Positions 20,364 to 24,000 of a stretch of DNA of 24,000 bases are shown here, one piece after another. The position numbers were made by a program, and so were the translations under genes. This stretch comes from Parvicella tangerina (lineage in GTDB: Bacteria > Bacteroidota > Bacteroidia > Flavobacteriales_D > Parvicellaceae). The number at the start of each line of letters is the position of its first letter. Position 1 is the first letter of the stretch. The notes beneath the pieces are model-generated. The model ran no database searches and had not been told where the DNA came from. It was given only the letters and a program-made list of their open reading frames with translations. The DNA lies in contig NZ_OU015584.1 of assembly GCF_907165195.1 (NCBI RefSeq), forward strand, positions 2,237,291 to 2,261,290, given 5' to 3'.

Positions 20364-21578
20364 ATGGAAGGAGACGTTAAACACCTTGTATTCGACAATT
20401 TAGTTGCCTTTGCTTATTCTGACGGTTTAGAAGAACGTGAAAGAGAATTTCTCTTCAAATTTGCAGAGGAAAATGGCATTGATAAGGATTACGCAGAAAA
20501 AACCATCGCTACTTCAAAGGAGTTTATCATTCCAGAAGACACAGAAACCAAGCGAACGATATTGAATTACATGATCGATCTGGCCATGGTTGATGGCAAC
20601 TTCTCTTCTGAGGAATTGGAAATGTGTAATAACTTCGTAAACAAACTTGGCCTCGATGCCTCAATGACTGTTTTGACTACAAAACTTCTTCATTCTTTGA
20701 ATCAAATCGATGAGCAAAAAATGATCATTGCAAGGAAGAATAAGGACATTGAGGATAGTTTAAATGCCGCTAAGAATATTCAAAGAGCCATCCTGCCATC
20801 AGACAATAAAGTAAAAGAACTCCTTCCAGATTCTTTTGTTCTGTATTTACCAAAAGACATTGTTTCGGGAGATTTTTATTGGGTGGAACCCATGAAAACG
20901 ACTAATGGTATTTCTGATGATGATGTGGTCTTCGTTTCAGCTGTTGATTGCACCGGACATGGTGTTCCTGGAGCTTTTATGAGTATAGTTGGATATAATG
21001 GATTGAATAGGTCTCTAAAAGAATTTGGTTTAATACACCCCGATGAAATTCTGGAAATGCTAAATACGGTAGTTGGGGAAAACCTCAACGAGGGCGACAA
21101 CCAACATATCAGAAATGGAATGGATATTTCACTTTGTAAATTGAACAAAAGAACCTTTCAATTAGAATATGCTGGTGCTAAAAACTCAGTGTATGTTGTT
21201 AAGCCTAATAACGGTAATCAAAATTTTGGATTTACAATTGAAGAAAAACATATACACGTGGGAGCAACACATTCACTATACGAAATCAAAGCCGATCGCC
21301 ACAGTATTGGGGCTAATACTCAAAAAGGTGATTTCACTAATCGTGTTTTACAACTTGAGAAAGGAGATACTTTTTACATCACTTCAGATGGTTATGTTGA
21401 TCAAAATGGTGGACCAAAGGATAAGAAGTTCCGCCCTCAGGCTTTGCGACAAATGTTACTCAGCATTCAAGAGATGGATATGCAAGAACAAAATGACCAT
21501 ATTCACCAAACAATTAAAAACTGGATGGGTGATGCAGAACAAAGAGATGATATGGTCGTGATCGGTGTGAGGGTTTAA
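20364..21578 (+). CDS. TerB-like N-terminal domain fused to a PP2C/SpoIIE-family serine phosphatase (404 aa)
   Basis: N-terminus: two TerB-like helix pairs (LVAFAYSDGLEEREREFLFKFAEENGI; MIDLAMVDGNFSSEELEMCNNFVNKLGL). C-terminus: SGDFYWVE, AVDCTGHGVPGAFMS, ITSDGYVDQ and QRDDMVVIGVRV, the SpoIIE/RsbU-type motifs. Confidence 0.8.
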   Translation: MEGDVKHLVFDNLVAFAYSDGLEEREREFLFKFAEENGIDKDYAEKTIATSKEFIIPEDTETKRTILNYMIDLAMVDGNFSSEELEMCNNFVNKLGLDASMTVLTTKLLHSLNQIDEQKMIIARKNKDIEDSLNAAKNIQRAILPSDNKVKELLPDSFVLYLPKDIVSGDFYWVEPMKTTNGISDDDVVFVSAVDCTGHGVPGAFMSIVGYNGLNRSLKEFGLIHPDEILEMLNTVVGENLNEGDNQHIRNGMDISLCKLNKRTFQLEYAGAKNSVYVVKPNNGNQNFGFTIEEKHIHVGATHSLYEIKADRHSIGANTQKGDFTNRVLQLEKGDTFYITSDGYVDQNGGPKDKKFRPQALRQMLLSIQEMDMQEQNDHIHQTIKNWMGDAEQRDDMVVIGVRV

Positions 21579-23993
21579 TTAGAACTTATAGTTGTACCCT
21601 ATCCTAAAAACCTGTGTTTCGTAATAATTTGAACTCACATAGGTAAAATTATTACCTGTGATTGTTTTCTTGATCACCATCGTATTCAAGAGGTCTGAAG
21701 CATTAAAAAACAATTGTCCTTTTCCTTTCTGAATACTTTTCTTCACTCCGAGGTTTAGGGTAAATCTTTGTGCAATCTGTCCTTGAGGAATAATGTCCGG
21801 AGCTAAATAAATTGCGGTCAATTGAACATCCAGATCCTTCTTAAAATGTAAGGATGTATTCAACTTCACATTTCCTGAAATGATCTCTTGTTTGTCTGCA
21901 GTGAAGGTATGTGGTGTTGGGTATAAATTGTCCACCGTGAATGCATCGATCTGATTATAGTAAACATTCACTCCTAAATTATAGGTAATAAAATCTGAGA
22001 TGTTCTGTGAGAAAACCGACTCCACTCCTGACACATTACTCTTTCCGGCATTTTGGAATATCGCATAGATCAGATTAGAAGAATCTACTGTGGTTGAAAT
22101 ACGTGTAATTGTTCCGGTTGAGAATCGACTATACACTGAGGTGTACCAAAATCCTTTCTCAAAACTATGTTTATAGCTCAATTCTGCATTATTGGTAAAC
22201 TGCGGTCCAAGTGATGGATTCCCCACCTTGATGATCTCCGCGTCATCGTACTTTGGAAATACTCTAATATCCACTTCATTGGGTCTATCCACTCTCCTAT
22301 TGAAGAAGGCTACTAGTTTGTTCTTATCATTCAGTTTATATCCCAATCTCAAATTTGGGAAAGGTTGGAAATAATCATAGCCATCACTGTGGTAAGTAGG
22401 ATGATTCGGATTTACTTCGTAATAAACGTTCACATATTCTACTCGCAAACCAACTTCTCCTTCCCACTTTTTACTATCGAATGAATAGTTACTGTAAAGA
22501 GCAGGAATCAACTCATTGTACGTGGCTTTTCCACCAGCAGTAGAATCAAATGGCGATATAGCACTTGGGAAGAACTGCATATTGGTAGGAATAATACGTG
22601 CTCTTAGTTTTACTCCTGATTCCAGTTTACCATACTTCAGGGGATGGATATAATCCAGATTTAAGTTACCTACATTCTCATCCGAGAGTAACTTGAAGTG
22701 CTCATCTCCAACATAGTTAGGAATCGTATTTGTGAAGAAATACTGTTCGTTCTCTCGGTGGAACGTATAATTCAAACTCGCATTCAACTGACGACCGGGT
22801 TCTTTGAATTTATGTTCAAAATTCAGGTTACCGTTGACAGTGGTTTTCAGTTCATCTTCCAGAAATTGCCACAATCTTAAACGTTCCGAATAATCTCCGT
22901 TAAAGAAAGCCTCATCACCATGGTCCAATATCTTCTCACTACCAAACATTCCTGATACTGTCAGTTGATTCTTATCATTAATGAACCAGTCTAATCCCAT
23001 TTTTGATGTAAAGAAATTCGTATTCCTGTTTCTAACCGTTTGCTGATTGACCACCGTGCTGTCCGTATATTCTCTGGTAACGAACTCATTCTTATTGAGC
23101 GTGTGCGTATATAGGTTATCCACCTGTAAAAAGGCATTGATTTTCTTCTTACGATAATTCAATGAGATCGAAGGATTTAACTTGGGAGTATTCTGATATT
23201 GGTCATGTACATCAGGAATATTTGCACGTTTGATCCAGTTCGCTCCAGAACCGACTGCAAATCCAACCTTGCCATTAAAACCTTCTTTCTTTTCTTTTTT
23301 CAAAATAATATTGATGATCCCGGCATTTCCATTGGCATCGAACTTAGAAGATGGATTATTAATGATCTCGATCTTTTCAATGGAAGAGGCTGGAATATTG
23401 TCCAAACCTGATTGACTTCCAAATCCTGTCAATGCAGATTGTTTACCATCTATCAGAATGATGATCTTATCACTTCCTCGAAGTTGTACTTTATTATCCT
23501 GTACCGTTATTCCCGGAAGATTCTCCATTGCTTGTAGTGCTGAACCTCCGGTCTGACTTAAATTATCTTCTACAGCATAAGTCTTCTTATCCATTTTTGC
23601 TCCGATCTGAGCTTCTTTTGCCGTTACCTGTACTTCGTCTAAACTTTCGGTATTCTCTTCCATTTGGATCGTTCCGAGATTCAAGTAATCAGCACTTGAT
23701 CCTACATAGACCTCTTTATATAAGTTCTTGTACCCTACAAATGAGATAGAAATCAAATAATTTGAGGGCTTAATGTTTTTTAAAGTAAAAATCCCATTCT
23801 CATCAGAAATAGTACCATTGACAAACGAGGAATCATTGGCGTTCTTTATTACCACATTTACAAATGGCATTGGGTCTTTGGTTGTCTCGTCAATCAATGT
23901 TCCCGACAGCGTAACTTCAGTGTATTGAGCGTTAAAAGAGCCCGCGTATAGGAACATTACAAGTACTACTATGACGGAATGGAATGTTTTCAT
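21579..23993 (-). CDS. TonB-dependent-receptor-like outer-membrane beta-barrel protein with N-terminal CarboxypepD_reg-like domain and plug (804 aa)
   Basis: Signal peptide MKTFHSVIVVLVMFLYAGSFNAQ. LSGTLIDETTKDPMPFVNVVIKN...ISISFVGYK (CarboxypepD_reg). Plug-like LPGITVQDNKVQLRGSDKIIILIDGKQ...IEKIEIINNPSSKFDANGNAGIINIILKK. Aromatic C-terminus GYNYKF. Its stop abuts the convergent PP2C stop. Confidence 0.9.
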   Translation of the reverse strand: MKTFHSVIVVLVMFLYAGSFNAQYTEVTLSGTLIDETTKDPMPFVNVVIKNANDSSFVNGTISDENGIFTLKNIKPSNYLISISFVGYKNLYKEVYVGSSADYLNLGTIQMEENTESLDEVQVTAKEAQIGAKMDKKTYAVEDNLSQTGGSALQAMENLPGITVQDNKVQLRGSDKIIILIDGKQSALTGFGSQSGLDNIPASSIEKIEIINNPSSKFDANGNAGIINIILKKEKKEGFNGKVGFAVGSGANWIKRANIPDVHDQYQNTPKLNPSISLNYRKKKINAFLQVDNLYTHTLNKNEFVTREYTDSTVVNQQTVRNRNTNFFTSKMGLDWFINDKNQLTVSGMFGSEKILDHGDEAFFNGDYSERLRLWQFLEDELKTTVNGNLNFEHKFKEPGRQLNASLNYTFHRENEQYFFTNTIPNYVGDEHFKLLSDENVGNLNLDYIHPLKYGKLESGVKLRARIIPTNMQFFPSAISPFDSTAGGKATYNELIPALYSNYSFDSKKWEGEVGLRVEYVNVYYEVNPNHPTYHSDGYDYFQPFPNLRLGYKLNDKNKLVAFFNRRVDRPNEVDIRVFPKYDDAEIIKVGNPSLGPQFTNNAELSYKHSFEKGFWYTSVYSRFSTGTITRISTTVDSSNLIYAIFQNAGKSNVSGVESVFSQNISDFITYNLGVNVYYNQIDAFTVDNLYPTPHTFTADKQEIISGNVKLNTSLHFKKDLDVQLTAIYLAPDIIPQGQIAQRFTLNLGVKKSIQKGKGQLFFNASDLLNTMVIKKTITGNNFTYVSSNYYETQVFRIGYNYKF

Positions 23994-24000
23994 AATTCTC

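Noticed and set aside
21169-21561. 130-aa plus-strand ORF and 90-aa minus ORF (20876-21148) inside the PP2C gene; also the small plus-strand ORFs inside the TonB-dependent receptor gene (22192-23749)
   Set aside because: These are alternative-frame or antisense shadows of well-supported genes.

Overview
AT-rich (about one-third G+C by eye) bacterial chromosomal segment that looks Bacteroidota-like: TAnnTTTG-type promoter boxes, no obvious Shine-Dalgarno signals, a CarboxypepD_reg-type TonB-dependent receptor and a small GIY-YIG gene. It splits into five blocks. (1) 1-7419: about 13 minus-strand genes, tightly packed and often overlapping. Most are ORFans rich in membrane anchors and beta-rich small proteins. 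They include a transglutaminase-like protein with a polybasic tail and an annexin-repeat protein, and two small HTH/sigma-region-4-like regulators head the block. I read it as a compact provirus-like or cryptic mobile module of the tailless, membrane-containing type, but this is unproven. (2) 7420-8500: a junction with poly-G tracts, two tandem paralogous small genes, a terminator and 10-bp-phased AAACTTCATCA repeats. (3) 8486-12810: a palindrome-rich control region followed by a translationally coupled XRE/C-protein - HsdM-like m6A methyltransferase - chimeric gene, where the chimera joins an HsdS target-recognition domain to the C-terminal two-thirds of a DUF2779 protein. No HsdR is present. 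This is my best candidate for an undescribed defence-type system, or else an in-frame deletion scar. (4) 12961-18547: a 44-codon peptide gene plus terminator, then a tightly coupled four-gene operon (GT4 glycosyltransferase fused to radical SAM/SPASM-twitch; Pol-beta nucleotidyltransferase fused to CX5R phosphatase; family-2 O-methyltransferase; WG-repeat protein). This is an uncharacterised biosynthetic-type cluster. (5) 18560-24000: a 385-bp GIY-YIG mini-cassette bracketed by a duplicated 37-bp terminator, a lipoprotein, a TerB-PP2C phosphatase and a TonB-dependent-type outer-membrane receptor. I recognised no rRNA, tRNA, CRISPR array, transposase or integrase. All functional calls come from motif recognition by eye; no database search was possible.
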